A DNA stretch of 64,000 nt, from contig CAVWLP010000002.1 of assembly GCA_963755915.1 (NCBI GenBank), forward strand, positions 2,912,001 to 2,976,000. Direction: 5' to 3'. Origin of the DNA: an uncultured Phycisphaerales bacterium (lineage in GTDB: Bacteria; Planctomycetota; Phycisphaerae; Tepidisphaerales; Tepidisphaeraceae). Below the pieces are notes generated by a model that saw nothing but the letters and a program-made list of their open reading frames with translations, was not told the DNA's origin and did not search any database. This document shows, in pieces, positions 20,750-33,406 of the stretch; the first letter of the stretch is position 1, and each line of letters begins with the position of its first letter. The translations under genes and the position numbers were made by a program.

Positions 20750-21862
20750 ATGGACCTGAAGGTGGAAAACAAACCGGAAGAGGCGACCGAGGGCAACCAG
20801 CCCGCCAACCCGCGCCGCGCTGGTCCGATTTCGATCTGGATTCGGGGAATGATCTCCGAATTCCGCCGGTTCTATTATTCCATCACCAAAGATGCCGTCA
20901 TCAGTTATCTCAAGACCTTCGCCTGGGCGGCCCCGCTGACGGTGCTCATCTGGGTCTATGCCGAAAGCGAAGAACAGGTTCTCGATGAGGGCCAGCCGAT
21001 CAATATTGAAATCGTCACCCACGATCCGAACAAAATTGCCATCGTCGATCGCGACGAAAACGTGATCATCTGCGACCTGGAAGGCCCGCAGGCGAATATC
21101 GATCGCTTCAAGGCCACTCTCTCCACCGGCGCGCCAATTCCCATCGAAATCGACGCCGATCAGAAAAACGGCCAGGAGCGAATTCCAATTCTAGATAGCC
21201 TTCAGAAGAGCCCGCGATTCAAGGAAGCCGGCATCACCGTCGTGAAGTGCAACCCGGTCGTTCTGACGGCGACGGTCGACGATCTCGTCCGCGACCACCA
21301 GGTTCCGGTCCGGCCGCCCGGCAATATTCCCAACCTTCAAACCGTCAGCTTCGATCCGCCCACCGTCAAGGTCAGCGGCCCAAAGAGCGTCGTCGATCAT
21401 CTCGGCCAGGTGTTCGCCGACATGGCGTCGATGAAGGAACTCTATCAGCCCGGCATCCACACGATCGACGACATCGCCCTGGTTTCCGACCCATCCCAGC
21501 ACCTGACCTACGACGTCAACCAGGTGAAGGTAACGATCACCGTCGCCGAGACCGACGTGCGCGCCACGATTTCCGTTCCCGTCTGGTGGGTCCTTGCCCC
21601 CAACATCTATCAGCAATATTCGATTTCGCTGAACGGCCGCTCGTTTACGCCAAAGTTTGACGTGATTGGCCCGCCGGACCAGATTGAGAAGCTGAAGAAT
21701 GGCGAAGTAACCCCCCAGCCGCACGCGCTGCTGGAAATCAGCTCGGAGAACGTAAACGACACAAATCCGGTGCCGGTGGAAATCGAAAAGCTTCCCGACG
21801 GCGTCCGCCTTGCCGGCCCGCCGCCTGAGGTGAGTTTCACGGCGACGAGGATCGGGCAGTAA
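20750..21862 (+). CDS. CdaR/YbbR-like membrane-anchored protein
   Basis: Single TM (LTVLIWVYA), YbbR-like PPTVKVSGPKS and DVIGPPDQIEKL repeats; directly follows cdaA. Confidence 0.7.
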   Translation: MDLKVENKPEEATEGNQPANPRRAGPISIWIRGMISEFRRFYYSITKDAVISYLKTFAWAAPLTVLIWVYAESEEQVLDEGQPINIEIVTHDPNKIAIVDRDENVIICDLEGPQANIDRFKATLSTGAPIPIEIDADQKNGQERIPILDSLQKSPRFKEAGITVVKCNPVVLTATVDDLVRDHQVPVRPPGNIPNLQTVSFDPPTVKVSGPKSVVDHLGQVFADMASMKELYQPGIHTIDDIALVSDPSQHLTYDVNQVKVTITVAETDVRATISVPVWWVLAPNIYQQYSISLNGRSFTPKFDVIGPPDQIEKLKNGEVTPQPHALLEISSENVNDTNPVPVEIEKLPDGVRLAGPPPEVSFTATRIGQ

Positions 21863-21926
21863 GTCGGCGTCTGATTCCTGAAATTATCTTTGGTGTGGTG
21901 CGACTGGGGTCGGTAAAATTTCCCGG

Positions 21927-23305
21927 ATGTGGATATCTTTCGGCCGGCGAAGACCAAAAGGCACGCTGATTTCCGATCTTCTGGAGAAGCACTTCGGCAA
22001 GTCCAAGCCGGAAGATTTGAACATTTCCGAGCGGAAGTTTCCTCATCGCGTGCGGGCCGACCTGCAGCGGGGCGTCGAAGAAATTATTGTGGGCGAGCGC
22101 GATTTGAAGCGGTTTTGCGGATTCACGCAATTTTTCTCGCACGAAGGTCCGAACCTGGCGATTTTGATTGCCCGAAACGAGCCGCAGCCATCGGTCGCGG
22201 TGCCGCCCGAATACGAGGAGATCGATATCGGCGAGGACCAGCCGGTGCGCTGCCTGAAGGTTGGACTGTGGCTGCTGGGGGAAGGGAATCGGGCGTTTGC
22301 GATTCTGCTCGCTTCCTATCGCGATATGCACGGACGACAGTCGATCCGGGTGCAGGTCGCGGCGTTCAACAACGAAACGGCGCCGAATCGAGGGAGCGGA
22401 TTTTCCGAGCGCTGGAAAAGGCGATTAACAATTGCCGCTGCTACCGCGGGAAAATCCTCTCACTGGAAGACGAAAACGATTATTTCGGCAGATCCATCGG
22501 CATCAAGGTGCACAAGCTGCGCACGGTCGCCCGCGACCAGGTCATTCTGCCGAAGAAGACGCTGGGATTGCTCGAGCGAAACATCATTCAATTTGTTGGG
22601 CAGCGCGAAAAATTGTCACAATTTGGCCAGGCCACCAAGAAGGGAATCCTGTTTTACGGTCCGCCGGGCACGGGGAAATCTCATACCGTCCATTATCTGG
22701 CCGGGGAATTGAAGGGGCACACAATGCTGCTGATCACCGCCGAGCAAACCCGGCTGCTGGGCCAGTACATGGCCCTGGCCCGGCTGCTTCAGCCCAGCGT
22801 GGTGGTGATCGAAGACGTTGACCTGATCGCGCGCGATCGCGTCACCATGAACAACTCGTGCGATCAGGCCCTGCTCAACAAGCTGCTCAACGAAATGGAC
22901 GGGCTGAAGGAAAACGCCGATATCCTGTTTATTCTAACGACGAACCGGCCGGAGGAATTGGAGTCCGCGCTGGCGTCCCGACCGGGACGGGTGGATCAGG
23001 CGATTGAATTTCCGCTTCCCGATGAGGCGGGCCGCGAAAAGTTGGTGCGACTCTACAGCGCCGGCGCGGCCGTCTCCGACGAGTTGATGAAATTCCTGGT
23101 CGCTAAAACCGAGAACGTCAGCGCCGCATTCATCAAAGAACTAATGCGCCGCTCGGTGCAATTCCAACTGGAGCGAGGCGATGGGAAGGCCTTGGATCAC
23201 AACGACATTCAGAGCGCGCTTGAGGAAATGCTGTTCACCGGCGGAACTCTCAACGCCAAACTGCTCGGGGCAGCAAAAAGCGTTGGATTTCATTCGCAGC
23301 AATGA
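21927..23305 (+). CDS. AAA+ ATPase, frameshift near 22390
   Basis: GILFYGPPGTGKS, VVIEDVD, LLNEMDG, TTNRPE, RPGRVD. Confidence 0.88.
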
Positions 23306-23385
23306 CCGTCGCTCTACATTTGCATTTTCCCCTCTCCCGGAGGACGGCGTCCCGCGTAGCGGGCGAGGGGGCAAGCGGAGGAGCG

Positions 23386-25173
<1,788 letters not shown>

Positions 25174-25280
25174 TGGCTTGGTGCGATTCTATGGGGGGTG
25201 ACAGGAGGCGTAACAAATGCCCAATTGACAATCGGCCCGAAAAGTGAACCCTACACGCCAACAACAAGGAGAACCAGCCC

Positions 25281-25772
25281 ATGCCCGGTAAGCAGTATCC
25301 GCAACCCCCGAAGACGACGATCGACCCGAACAAGAAATATACCGCCTCGTTCGACACCACGAAGGGCAAGATCGTCTGCGACCTTTTCGCCAAGGACGCG
25401 CCAAACACTGTCAACAATTTCGTCTTCCTCGCCCGAGAGAACTTTTACGACGGCACCAAATTTCACCGCGTCATCCCCGACTTCATGGTCCAGGGCGGCG
25501 ACCCCACCGGCACCGGCAGCGGGGGACCCGGATATAAATTTGCCGACGAAGTGAAGAACAATCCCCGCAAGCACCAGATCGGTTCCCTCTCCATGGCCAA
25601 CGCCGGCCCCAACACCAACGGCAGCCAGTTCTTCATCACCCACGTGGTCACCAACTGGCTCGACGGAAAGCACACCGTCTTCGGCCAGGTGAAAGACGCC
25701 GCCAGCCAGGAGATCGTCAACGCCATTAAGCAGGGCGACGTCCTCAACAGCGTGACCATCGCCGAAGGATAA
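25281..25772 (+). CDS. Cyclophilin-type peptidyl-prolyl isomerase
   Basis: [52 protein letters not shown] upstream. Confidence 0.96.
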   Translation: MPGKQYPQPPKTTIDPNKKYTASFDTTKGKIVCDLFAKDAPNTVNNFVFLARENFYDGTKFHRVIPDFMVQGGDPTGTGSGGPGYKFADEVKNNPRKHQIGSLSMANAGPNTNGSQFFITHVVTNWLDGKHTVFGQVKDAASQEIVNAIKQGDVLNSVTIAEG

Positions 25773-25795
25773 TCCATCCCCGAAGTGAGGGCCCT

Positions 25796-27181
25796 GTGCG
25801 TTTCCGCGCGAGCATGTTCGTTCTATTGCTTGCGCCGCTCTTCTACGCGCTCCCGGCGCCGGCCGCCGATATTTCCCCAGCGATGTATCAGGCCGAACTC
25901 GGCAACCAGTTCCAGCCCTCCCTACTCCCCAAACTCCAGGATGCCCACGCCCTGATCGAGCAATATTTCGGCGCCCCGACGCAATCGCAGCGCCAGCGCC
26001 TTATCGACGAATTCCAAGCCTCCGGCTTCTCCCCCTCCGTCATCGGCCGCATCGTCCGCCTCCGCTCCGGCTGGGCCGACCTTACCCCCGGCGTCTACTA
26101 CATAAACAAAAAAGTCGGCACCTTCAGCGTCCGCTATTTCCTCGGAATTCCTCCGCAGTATGACCGCACCCATTCCTGGCCCCTGGTGATAAAGCTTCCC
26201 GTTCCCAACGCGTTCCTCACCGACCCTCCACCGGATGCGCAGACGGTGAGCCAGATTTACACCGGCTGGATGCAGGATGAATTAAAGCATCATCCCGATG
26301 CCGTGGTCGTCATGCCTCTCCTGAATCTCGACGAGCTTTACGGCCCCGGGCCCGTCGGCATGAACCTCGTGATGCAGCCCATCCTCGACGCCGCCGACCA
26401 GGCCAACATCGACGCCGCCCGCGTCTATCTCATCGGCCACTCCATGGCCGCCACCGCCGTCTGGAACCTCGCCATCCATTACCCCACCTTCTTCGCCGCC
26501 ATCAACCCCATGGCCGGCCAGGCCCACGACAGTTGGCAGCGCGTCCGCCTCGGCAATCTCGCCAACGTCCTCTGCATCGTCTGGCACGACGCCTCCGACG
26601 ACGTCATCAACGTCGACGAATCCCGCTCCCTCGTGCGCTATCTCCGCAACATGAAATTCGACGTCGATTACGACGAAACCCAGGGCCTCGGCCACGCCCC
26701 CCCCGCACAAATCGTCGAGGACGAATACAACAAAACCCGCTCGCGAACCCGCGATCTATATCCGGCCGCCGTCTTCATCCAGTCCAACAGTCTCGAAACC
26801 ATTTTCAACCGGGCCGACTGGATTCAAATCTACCAGCCGTTGGATCCGGGAGAGCAGGCCAAAGTCCAGTTCTCCCACGGCAGCCAGGGCATGTACATCT
26901 ATCAGAACACGTTCCGCGTAATCGGCGAAATCACCGACCGGCACACCATCACCCTTACCACCCGCAACGTCCGCCTCGTGCGCGTCTATCTCAACGACCA
27001 GATGGTAGACCTGACCACCCCCATAAAAATCATCGCCAACAACCTCACGCGCTATAACGCGATTCCAACGCAGAGCATCGCGGAAATGCTCAAAGACCAG
27101 ACATTTCTCGGCCGCGGCTGGCGCTACTACACCGCGGTCATCGACCTCGACCTCACCGAATCCCCCACGACGCGAAACTAA
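25796..27181 (+). CDS. Exported alpha/beta-hydrolase-fold protein
   Basis: Signal peptide; RVYLIGHSMA nucleophile elbow; WHDASDDVI and GLGH candidate Asp and His. Confidence 0.75.
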   Translation: MRFRASMFVLLLAPLFYALPAPAADISPAMYQAELGNQFQPSLLPKLQDAHALIEQYFGAPTQSQRQRLIDEFQASGFSPSVIGRIVRLRSGWADLTPGVYYINKKVGTFSVRYFLGIPPQYDRTHSWPLVIKLPVPNAFLTDPPPDAQTVSQIYTGWMQDELKHHPDAVVVMPLLNLDELYGPGPVGMNLVMQPILDAADQANIDAARVYLIGHSMAATAVWNLAIHYPTFFAAINPMAGQAHDSWQRVRLGNLANVLCIVWHDASDDVINVDESRSLVRYLRNMKFDVDYDETQGLGHAPPAQIVEDEYNKTRSRTRDLYPAAVFIQSNSLETIFNRADWIQIYQPLDPGEQAKVQFSHGSQGMYIYQNTFRVIGEITDRHTITLTTRNVRLVRVYLNDQMVDLTTPIKIIANNLTRYNAIPTQSIAEMLKDQTFLGRGWRYYTAVIDLDLTESPTTRN

Positions 27182-27198
27182 CAAAAGCCGCAGGATCG

Positions 27199-27819
27199 CT
27201 ATCCTGCGGGCATCGCTTTTAACTCCCCAATCATCTCCTGCAAGCGCATCTCCAGCGTCTGAATAATTTCCTCCCCCTTCTTCCCCGCAAAATCAATCGC
27301 CTTCCCATATTTCACCCGAATCGGATGGCCATGGAAAACTTTCGAATCCTTCGGCCAGGCCGCAAACGACCCCTCGATCGCCACCGGCACCACCGGAACC
27401 CGCGCCCTGCGAATCACCAGCGCCACTCCCTTTTCCAGCCGGCCCATTTCCCCTGTCTCCGTTCGTGATCCTTCCGGATAAATATTCAGCACGTGCCCCT
27501 CTTCCAGCCGGCGGATGACTTCCTTCACCGCCCCGATATCCCCCTCCCCCTGCCGAACCGGAAACGCGTGAAGCGTGCGAATAAACCACCCGAAATAGGG
27601 ATTCTCAAACAATTCGCTCTTGGCCAGGAAACTGACCGGCCGGCGAAGATGCACCGCCACCAGCACCGGGTCGAGATAGCTCTGATGATTCGCAACCAGC
27701 AGCACGCCCCCCGTCGCCGGCACGTTTTCTCGCCCATACGTTTTCAGATCAAACAGCAATGTAGTCCCAACCCGCGCGATGATCTGAAGCGATTTCCACG
27801 TCAGCGAGCGCTCGGTCAT
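27199..27819 (-). CDS. plsC: 1-acyl-sn-glycerol-3-phosphate acyltransferase
   Basis: NHQSYLD, FLAKSELF, YPEGSR. Confidence 0.9.
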   Translation of the reverse strand: MTERSLTWKSLQIIARVGTTLLFDLKTYGRENVPATGGVLLVANHQSYLDPVLVAVHLRRPVSFLAKSELFENPYFGWFIRTLHAFPVRQGEGDIGAVKEVIRRLEEGHVLNIYPEGSRTETGEMGRLEKGVALVIRRARVPVVPVAIEGSFAAWPKDSKVFHGHPIRVKYGKAIDFAGKKGEEIIQTLEMRLQEMIGELKAMPAG

Positions 27820-28496
27820 GTTTCGACCGACCTCTTCTGTATCGCCCGCGCTTTGGCGACGATCTGCTGCACTACCTCCGGAATCGAAAGATTCGTCGTG
27901 TCGATGATTTCCGCGCCTTGGGGCACCATCAGCGGGCTCGCCGCCCGCCGGCTGTCCCGCAAATCCCGGTCGGCGATCTGCTTCTGCAAAACCTCGACAT
28001 TCACGACTTCCCCCCGCGCCCGAAGCTGCTCCGCCCGCCGCCGCGTCCGCTCGACCGGATTGGCGTCCAGATAAATCTTCAAATCCGCATGCGGAAAAAC
28101 CACGCTCCCCTGGTCCCTCCCCTCGGTGACGATATTCGGCCGCGACGCCCCGATCTCCTGCTGCTGCTTCACCAGCAATTCCCGCACGCCCGGCACCACC
28201 GCCACATAAGACGCCGCCTGCGTCGCCTCGCCCGACCTCAGCAGCCGCCCCACGGATTCCCCGTTGAGCATGACGGCGGGGGGCTGCTGCGAAAAATCAA
28301 ACACGATCCGCGTCATCCGCGCAATGTAAACCAGCTCGCGCTCATCGTGCATGTCGGCTTTTCGCCGCAGCGCCGCCAATCCCACCGCCCGATACATCGC
28401 CCCCGTGTCCAGAAAATCGAACCCCAGCTCCCGCGCCACCTCGTGCGCCACCGTCGATTTGCCCGTACCGGCCGGTCCGTCGATCGTGATGATCAT
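27816..28496 (-). CDS. cmk: Cytidylate kinase
   Basis: MIITIDGPAGTGKSTVA, DTGAMYRA, EGRDQGSVVFP, RDLRDSRR. Confidence 0.95.
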   Translation of the reverse strand: MIITIDGPAGTGKSTVAHEVARELGFDFLDTGAMYRAVGLAALRRKADMHDERELVYIARMTRIVFDFSQQPPAVMLNGESVGRLLRSGEATQAASYVAVVPGVRELLVKQQQEIGASRPNIVTEGRDQGSVVFPHADLKIYLDANPVERTRRRAEQLRARGEVVNVEVLQKQIADRDLRDSRRAASPLMVPQGAEIIDTTNLSIPEVVQQIVAKARAIQKRSVET

Positions 28497-28557
28497 GCCC
28501 CTCGAAACATATCCGCAATCCACGCGCGCGGGCAAGGACGCCAACCGCGCCGTCCCC

Positions 28558-29109
28558 TCAATCATAATTCCAAAACCCCACCCGCTTTTTATGTGCTGTA
28601 CTCTGCGCACGCGTGATATCCGCATAAAACGTGCAATGCTCCGTCCAATCCCCCCGCACCAACCCCTCCGCCGCCAATTCCGCCGCCAGGAGCTGGTTCG
28701 AATCGGTAAAAACATCCGCCAGCAGCCGCCCATTTTCATCCCGCGTCTGCGTCGCCTCCAGATGAATCGAAAGCGTCTGCCCCGCCAAAAGCGCATCCAT
28801 CCGGCTCATCGCCCGCTCATCCCAATCCGCATTGGCCGACCTGATCCCAAGAATCCGGACAACCGTCATCTCATCCCCCCTGTCCAAGACCGCGATAGAC
28901 ACCCCATCCACCGCCCGAACGAACTGAACCCGTCGCCCGTCAAACCGCATCCAGTCATCGCCACCCCGGTTCTGGGCGCGCAGATGATCCGCAACGCTGC
29001 TCAGCAAAAGGGCGGAAATCAGCACTATCCCCGCAATCCGCCACTTTCGCCGCCGCCTCAACGCTGTGGCGGCAGTCCCTTCATCCCATTTCGTAACCGA
29101 CCGCGGCAT
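28558..29109 (-). CDS. Thermonuclease (SNase)-like membrane-anchored protein, degenerate
   Basis: TM followed by VDG, VRILGI, RDENGRLLADV, LAAEGL, KKRVGFW. Confidence 0.7.
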   Translation of the reverse strand: MPRSVTKWDEGTAATALRRRRKWRIAGIVLISALLLSSVADHLRAQNRGGDDWMRFDGRRVQFVRAVDGVSIAVLDRGDEMTVVRILGIRSANADWDERAMSRMDALLAGQTLSIHLEATQTRDENGRLLADVFTDSNQLLAAELAAEGLVRGDWTEHCTFYADITRAQSTAHKKRVGFWNYD

Positions 29110-29159
29110 GCCGCAACGGTATTCGCGCGGCACCGGCAGCAAGATTGCCTCCGCCTTTT

Positions 29160-29199
29160 CCCCCTCCCCTGGTACTCCGGGGGAGAGTTGGGGTGGGGG
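29160..29199. repeat. REP-like palindrome, family A
   Basis: ccccctcccctggtactccgggggagagttggggtggggg. Confidence 0.8.
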
Positions 29200-29256
29200 T
29201 CGTTGCGGACACAATTACGATTGACGCCTGCTCTTTATTGGCGAGTATGAACCCCC

Positions 29257-30180
29257 ATGCTCTCGATCGTCGTAAATTTCTTCAACAACCCGCGCGAAGC
29301 CCAAAACACCCTCTGGTCCCTCACCCGCGCATATCAAATCGGCGCAGCTAATTTAAAATTCGAAGTCATCGTCCTCGACAACGGCTCAACTCAACCCCTT
29401 TCCGAACCAGACGTCCAAAAATTCGGCCCCGAGTTCAAATATCATTTCATCCAGACCAATTCCCTCTCCCCCGCAAAAGCCATCAACGCCGCCTGCCGCG
29501 ACGCCGCCGGCGACGAGCTGCTCATAATCATCGACGGCGCCCACATCCTCTCCCCCGGAATCTTCACCCTCACAGATTCCGCCTTCGCCCTCTTCGATTC
29601 CGCATTCATCGTCACCATCCCCTTCCACCTCGGCCCCAAACGCCAGAACATCTCCATTCAGGAAGGCTACACCCAGCAGGTCGAGGATCGCCTCCTCGAA
29701 ACCAGCAACTGGAAGAAAAACGGCTACGCCCTCTATCGCATCGCCGGCGATTTCTCCGATGGCAACCTCGGCTGGTTCGGCCGCCCGTCCGAATCCGGCT
29801 GCTTCGCAATCCGCAAAGCCGATTTCCTGGCACTCGGCGGCTTCGACGAACGCTTCGATTCCCCCGGCGGTGGCCTCGTCAATCTCGATTTCTTCCTCCG
29901 AGCCGCTTCCCGCCCGCAATCCCAATACGTCATGCTCCTCGGCGAAGGCACCTTCCACCAACTCCACGGCGGCGTAGCCAGCAACGCCCCCCTCGCCCAG
30001 CACCCCGGCGCAAAATTCCACGACGAATACGTCCGCCTCCGCGGAACCCCTTTCAAGCGCACCACCCGCCGCCCATTCTTCCTCGGCACCATCCCACCCG
30101 AAGCCGCCCAAACCGCCGCCTTCTCCGCCCAGCACGGCCTCGAAGCCTGGCGAAAACTCCCCGAAGCCGAAAAGCCATAG
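29257..30180 (+). CDS. GT2 glycosyltransferase
   Basis: LSIVV, EVIVLDNGS, IIIDGAH, LGGFDERF. Confidence 0.85.
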   Translation: MLSIVVNFFNNPREAQNTLWSLTRAYQIGAANLKFEVIVLDNGSTQPLSEPDVQKFGPEFKYHFIQTNSLSPAKAINAACRDAAGDELLIIIDGAHILSPGIFTLTDSAFALFDSAFIVTIPFHLGPKRQNISIQEGYTQQVEDRLLETSNWKKNGYALYRIAGDFSDGNLGWFGRPSESGCFAIRKADFLALGGFDERFDSPGGGLVNLDFFLRAASRPQSQYVMLLGEGTFHQLHGGVASNAPLAQHPGAKFHDEYVRLRGTPFKRTTRRPFFLGTIPPEAAQTAAFSAQHGLEAWRKLPEAEKP

Positions 30181-30230
30181 CGGCCGGAAAATACATCCTC
30201 ACCGCGGAACACACGGAGCTATCGCTCTTA

Positions 30231-30271
30231 CCCCCTCTCCCTGTACTCAAGGAGAGGGTTGGGGTGAGGGC
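30231..30271. repeat. REP-like palindrome, family A, nested in an inverted-repeat pair
   Basis: ccccctctccctgtactcaaggagagggttggggtgagggc; enclosed by arms 30199-30218 and 30341-30360. Confidence 0.75.
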
Positions 30272-30408
30272 CTAAAGGTAATTTTCGAGCAACACGCGGC
30301 GACCTCACTTCAAACTTTCACCCCGCAGTTTCTCATCGCTCTCCGCGTTCTCCGCGGTGAAATCCGCCCTTACTTTGCAGAGTCGTTTTCCGTGACTACG
30401 ATTCCCTC

Positions 30409-33366
30409 ATGACGCAACGAAATCAGACACTGAAAGCGGGCGAGAAGGTGGACGGTTTTACGGTTCGGCGGGTCGTGCCGCTCGAGAAGATGAAATCGAC
30501 CGCCATCGAACTCTCGCACGAAAAAACCGGCGCCAGAATCCTCCATATCCACAACGCCGACGCCGAAAATCTCTTCTCCGTCACCTTTCCCACCCCGCCA
30601 CCCGACGACACCGGCGTCCCCCACATCCTCGAGCACAGCGTCCTCGCCGGCTCCCGCAAATATCTCGTCAAAGACCCTTTCTTCGAAATGGTCAAGTGCT
30701 CCATGGCCACCTTCATCAACGCCATGACCGGCAGCGACTACACCGTCTACCCCGTCGCCAGCAACGTCCGCCAGGATTTCTTCAACCTCGCCGAGGTTTA
30801 CTGGGACGCCGTCTTTCATCCCCTCCTCACCGAAAAAACCTTCGAGCGCGAAGGCCACCACCTCGAATTCGCCAAGCGCGGCGACACCACCAGCGACCTG
30901 ATCGTCAAGGGAATCGTCTATAACGAAATGAAAGGCGCTCGCTCCAGCCCCGATTCGAAGGTCTACGACCTGATCGAAAAAAACCTCTGGCCCGACACGC
31001 CCTACGGCAAAGACTCCGGCGGCGATCCCGACATCATCCCCCAGCTCACCTGGCGCGGCCTCACCGATTTCCACCGCCGCTTCTACCACCCCAGCAACGC
31101 GTTCATCTTCCTCTACGGCGACATCCCCACCGCCGATCAACTCGAATTCCTAAGCGGACGCCTAGCGGAATTTCAGAAAACCGACGTCCGCGCCGACTTT
31201 CCCCCCCAGCCGCGCTGGAGCAGCCCGCGAATTCTAGAATCCGTCTACCCCGTCGCCCCCACGGATGCCGTCGACGGGAAAACCTTCATCGTCCTCAACT
31301 GGCTCATCGGATCTGGAGTCGACGTCGAAGAGCTGTTCGCCTTCAGCGCCCTCGATCGGATTTTGCTCGGCAACCAATCCGCCCCCCTCCGCAAAGCCCT
31401 CATCGATTCAAAGCTCGGCGAAGACGTCACCCACAGCGGCTTCTGGGCCAACGGCGTCGACACCTCTTTCCACGTCGGCCTCAAAGGCAGCGAACCAGGC
31501 CGCGGCGAAAAAGTTCTGCACGTCGTCGAAACCACCCTCCGCGACATCGCCCAGCGCGGCGTCTCCCGCGAGCAGTTCGACGCCGCCATCCAGCAGCTCA
31601 AATACCGCTACCTCGAAATCGGCGCCATGTATCCCCTCCAAATCATGGGCTACGTCCTGGGCATGTGGCAGCATGGCGGCGACCCCCTCACCCTCCTCGA
31701 AGCCGAGCGCCACATCCACGCCCTCCAGCAAAAATTCGCCGCAAATCCCGCATTTTTTGGCGATCTGATCCGCCGCAAGCTGCTCGATAATTCCCACCGC
31801 CTCATGCTCGTCGTCCGCCCGGATGGAAACGTCCAGCAGAAAAAAGACGCCGAATTCACCGCGAAAATGAGCGAGCTGAAAGGCTCGCTTTCAACGAAGG
31901 AACTCGAAGCCATTCGCGACAACCAGGAAGAGCTCGAAAAATTGCTCAACCAGCCCAACGCCCCCGAGGCAATCGCCTCTCTCCCCCAGCTTCGCGTCAT
32001 CGACCTCCCGCGAAAACCGCGCCACATTTCCACCTCCGTCGAAGACCTCCCCGCCGGCGGCGTCTTCCTCGACAACGATGTCTTCGCCAACGGCGTAAAC
32101 TACCTCCACATCAGCTTCGACCTCTGCGGCCTCCCTCGCGACCTCTTTGAATATCTTCCCCTCTATGGCGATTGCATCCAGAAAATGGGCGCCGCCGGCC
32201 AGGACTACTCCGCCATCGCCCAGCGCATCGCCGGATTCACCGGCGGCGTCGGCTTCAGCGCCGGCGTCGGTGGCAGGGCCGATACCCCCGACGGAATCGT
32301 CGCCCAGGCCGTCTTCTCCACCAAATTCCTCGACGACAACACCGACCAGGCCCTCAGCGTCCTGTGCGATCTGATGTTCCAGATGGAGCCCGGCGACGTC
32401 CCCCGATTAAAAGACGTCCTGCTGCAAGCCCGCGCCCACCAGCGCATGCGCCCCGCCAGCGACGGCCTCACCATCACCATGCGCCACGCCGCCCGCGGCC
32501 TCAGCATGGAAGGCCATCTCCAGGAAATTCTCGCCGGCCTCCCGCAGATTCACCTGTACGAAAAAATCACCGAAGCCCCGGTCGACCCGCTGCTCGAAAA
32601 GCTGGCCGCCGTGCGCCAATTCGTCCTCAACCGCCGAAGGATGAACGTCAGCTTCACCGGCTCGAAAAACGTAAAGCAAACCGTCCGCAAGCGCCTCGAC
32701 GAATGGTCGGCGGCAATGTCCGATTCCACTGCCGAAAATAAATCCCTCGACCACACCCCCTTCGCCCATCGCGAGGGCCTCGCCGCCCCGATGAACGTCG
32801 CGTACTGCGGCATGTCCATGCCCGCAGTCCATATCTCCAGCGCCGACGGCCCCAAACTCGCCGTCGCGGCCCGTCTCCTGAGCCTCGGCTACGTCCTCGA
32901 AGAAGTCCGCTTCAAAGGCACCGCCTACGGCGGCGGCTGCACCTACAACGGCGCCGCGGGATTGTGGGGCTTCCATTCCTATCGCGACCCGTGGGTCAAC
33001 CGCACCCTCGACGTATATTCCGCCGCCCTCAAGCACGTGAAATCTGCTGACTGGTCCCAGGGCGACGTCGATCGCTCGATCATCGGCACCGCCAAGGAAG
33101 GCGAACGCCCCATCCGCCCCACGCAAGCCACCGGCACCGCCCTCTCCCGCTACCTCACCGGCGACACCCCCGACCGCCGCGAAGCCCGCCACTCCGCAAT
33201 GCTCGGCGTAGCCGTCGCCGACGTAAAACGCGTCCTCGCCGAACAACTCGAAAAAAACCAAAAACACGCGGCCATTTGCGTCGTCTCCAGCCGCGAAAAA
33301 TTGGAAGAGGCCAATGGTCAAAGACCGGAAAATCTGCTCAAAATTGCCGATATTCTTGCCAAATAG
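30409..33366 (+). CDS. M16C metallopeptidase (PreP/Cym1-like insulinase)
   Basis: TGVPHILEHSVLAGS (HxxEH), FINAMT, GIVYNEMKG, YHPSNA, AYGGG, SYRDP. Confidence 0.93.
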   Translation: MTQRNQTLKAGEKVDGFTVRRVVPLEKMKSTAIELSHEKTGARILHIHNADAENLFSVTFPTPPPDDTGVPHILEHSVLAGSRKYLVKDPFFEMVKCSMATFINAMTGSDYTVYPVASNVRQDFFNLAEVYWDAVFHPLLTEKTFEREGHHLEFAKRGDTTSDLIVKGIVYNEMKGARSSPDSKVYDLIEKNLWPDTPYGKDSGGDPDIIPQLTWRGLTDFHRRFYHPSNAFIFLYGDIPTADQLEFLSGRLAEFQKTDVRADFPPQPRWSSPRILESVYPVAPTDAVDGKTFIVLNWLIGSGVDVEELFAFSALDRILLGNQSAPLRKALIDSKLGEDVTHSGFWANGVDTSFHVGLKGSEPGRGEKVLHVVETTLRDIAQRGVSREQFDAAIQQLKYRYLEIGAMYPLQIMGYVLGMWQHGGDPLTLLEAERHIHALQQKFAANPAFFGDLIRRKLLDNSHRLMLVVRPDGNVQQKKDAEFTAKMSELKGSLSTKELEAIRDNQEELEKLLNQPNAPEAIASLPQLRVIDLPRKPRHISTSVEDLPAGGVFLDNDVFANGVNYLHISFDLCGLPRDLFEYLPLYGDCIQKMGAAGQDYSAIAQRIAGFTGGVGFSAGVGGRADTPDGIVAQAVFSTKFLDDNTDQALSVLCDLMFQMEPGDVPRLKDVLLQARAHQRMRPASDGLTITMRHAARGLSMEGHLQEILAGLPQIHLYEKITEAPVDPLLEKLAAVRQFVLNRRRMNVSFTGSKNVKQTVRKRLDEWSAAMSDSTAENKSLDHTPFAHREGLAAPMNVAYCGMSMPAVHISSADGPKLAVAARLLSLGYVLEEVRFKGTAYGGGCTYNGAAGLWGFHSYRDPWVNRTLDVYSAALKHVKSADWSQGDVDRSIIGTAKEGERPIRPTQATGTALSRYLTGDTPDRREARHSAMLGVAVADVKRVLAEQLEKNQKHAAICVVSSREKLEEANGQRPENLLKIADILAK

Positions 33367-33406
33367 CGATTATTCTTGCCGGCGTGACGGTATCAGTCGA
33401 TAATAT

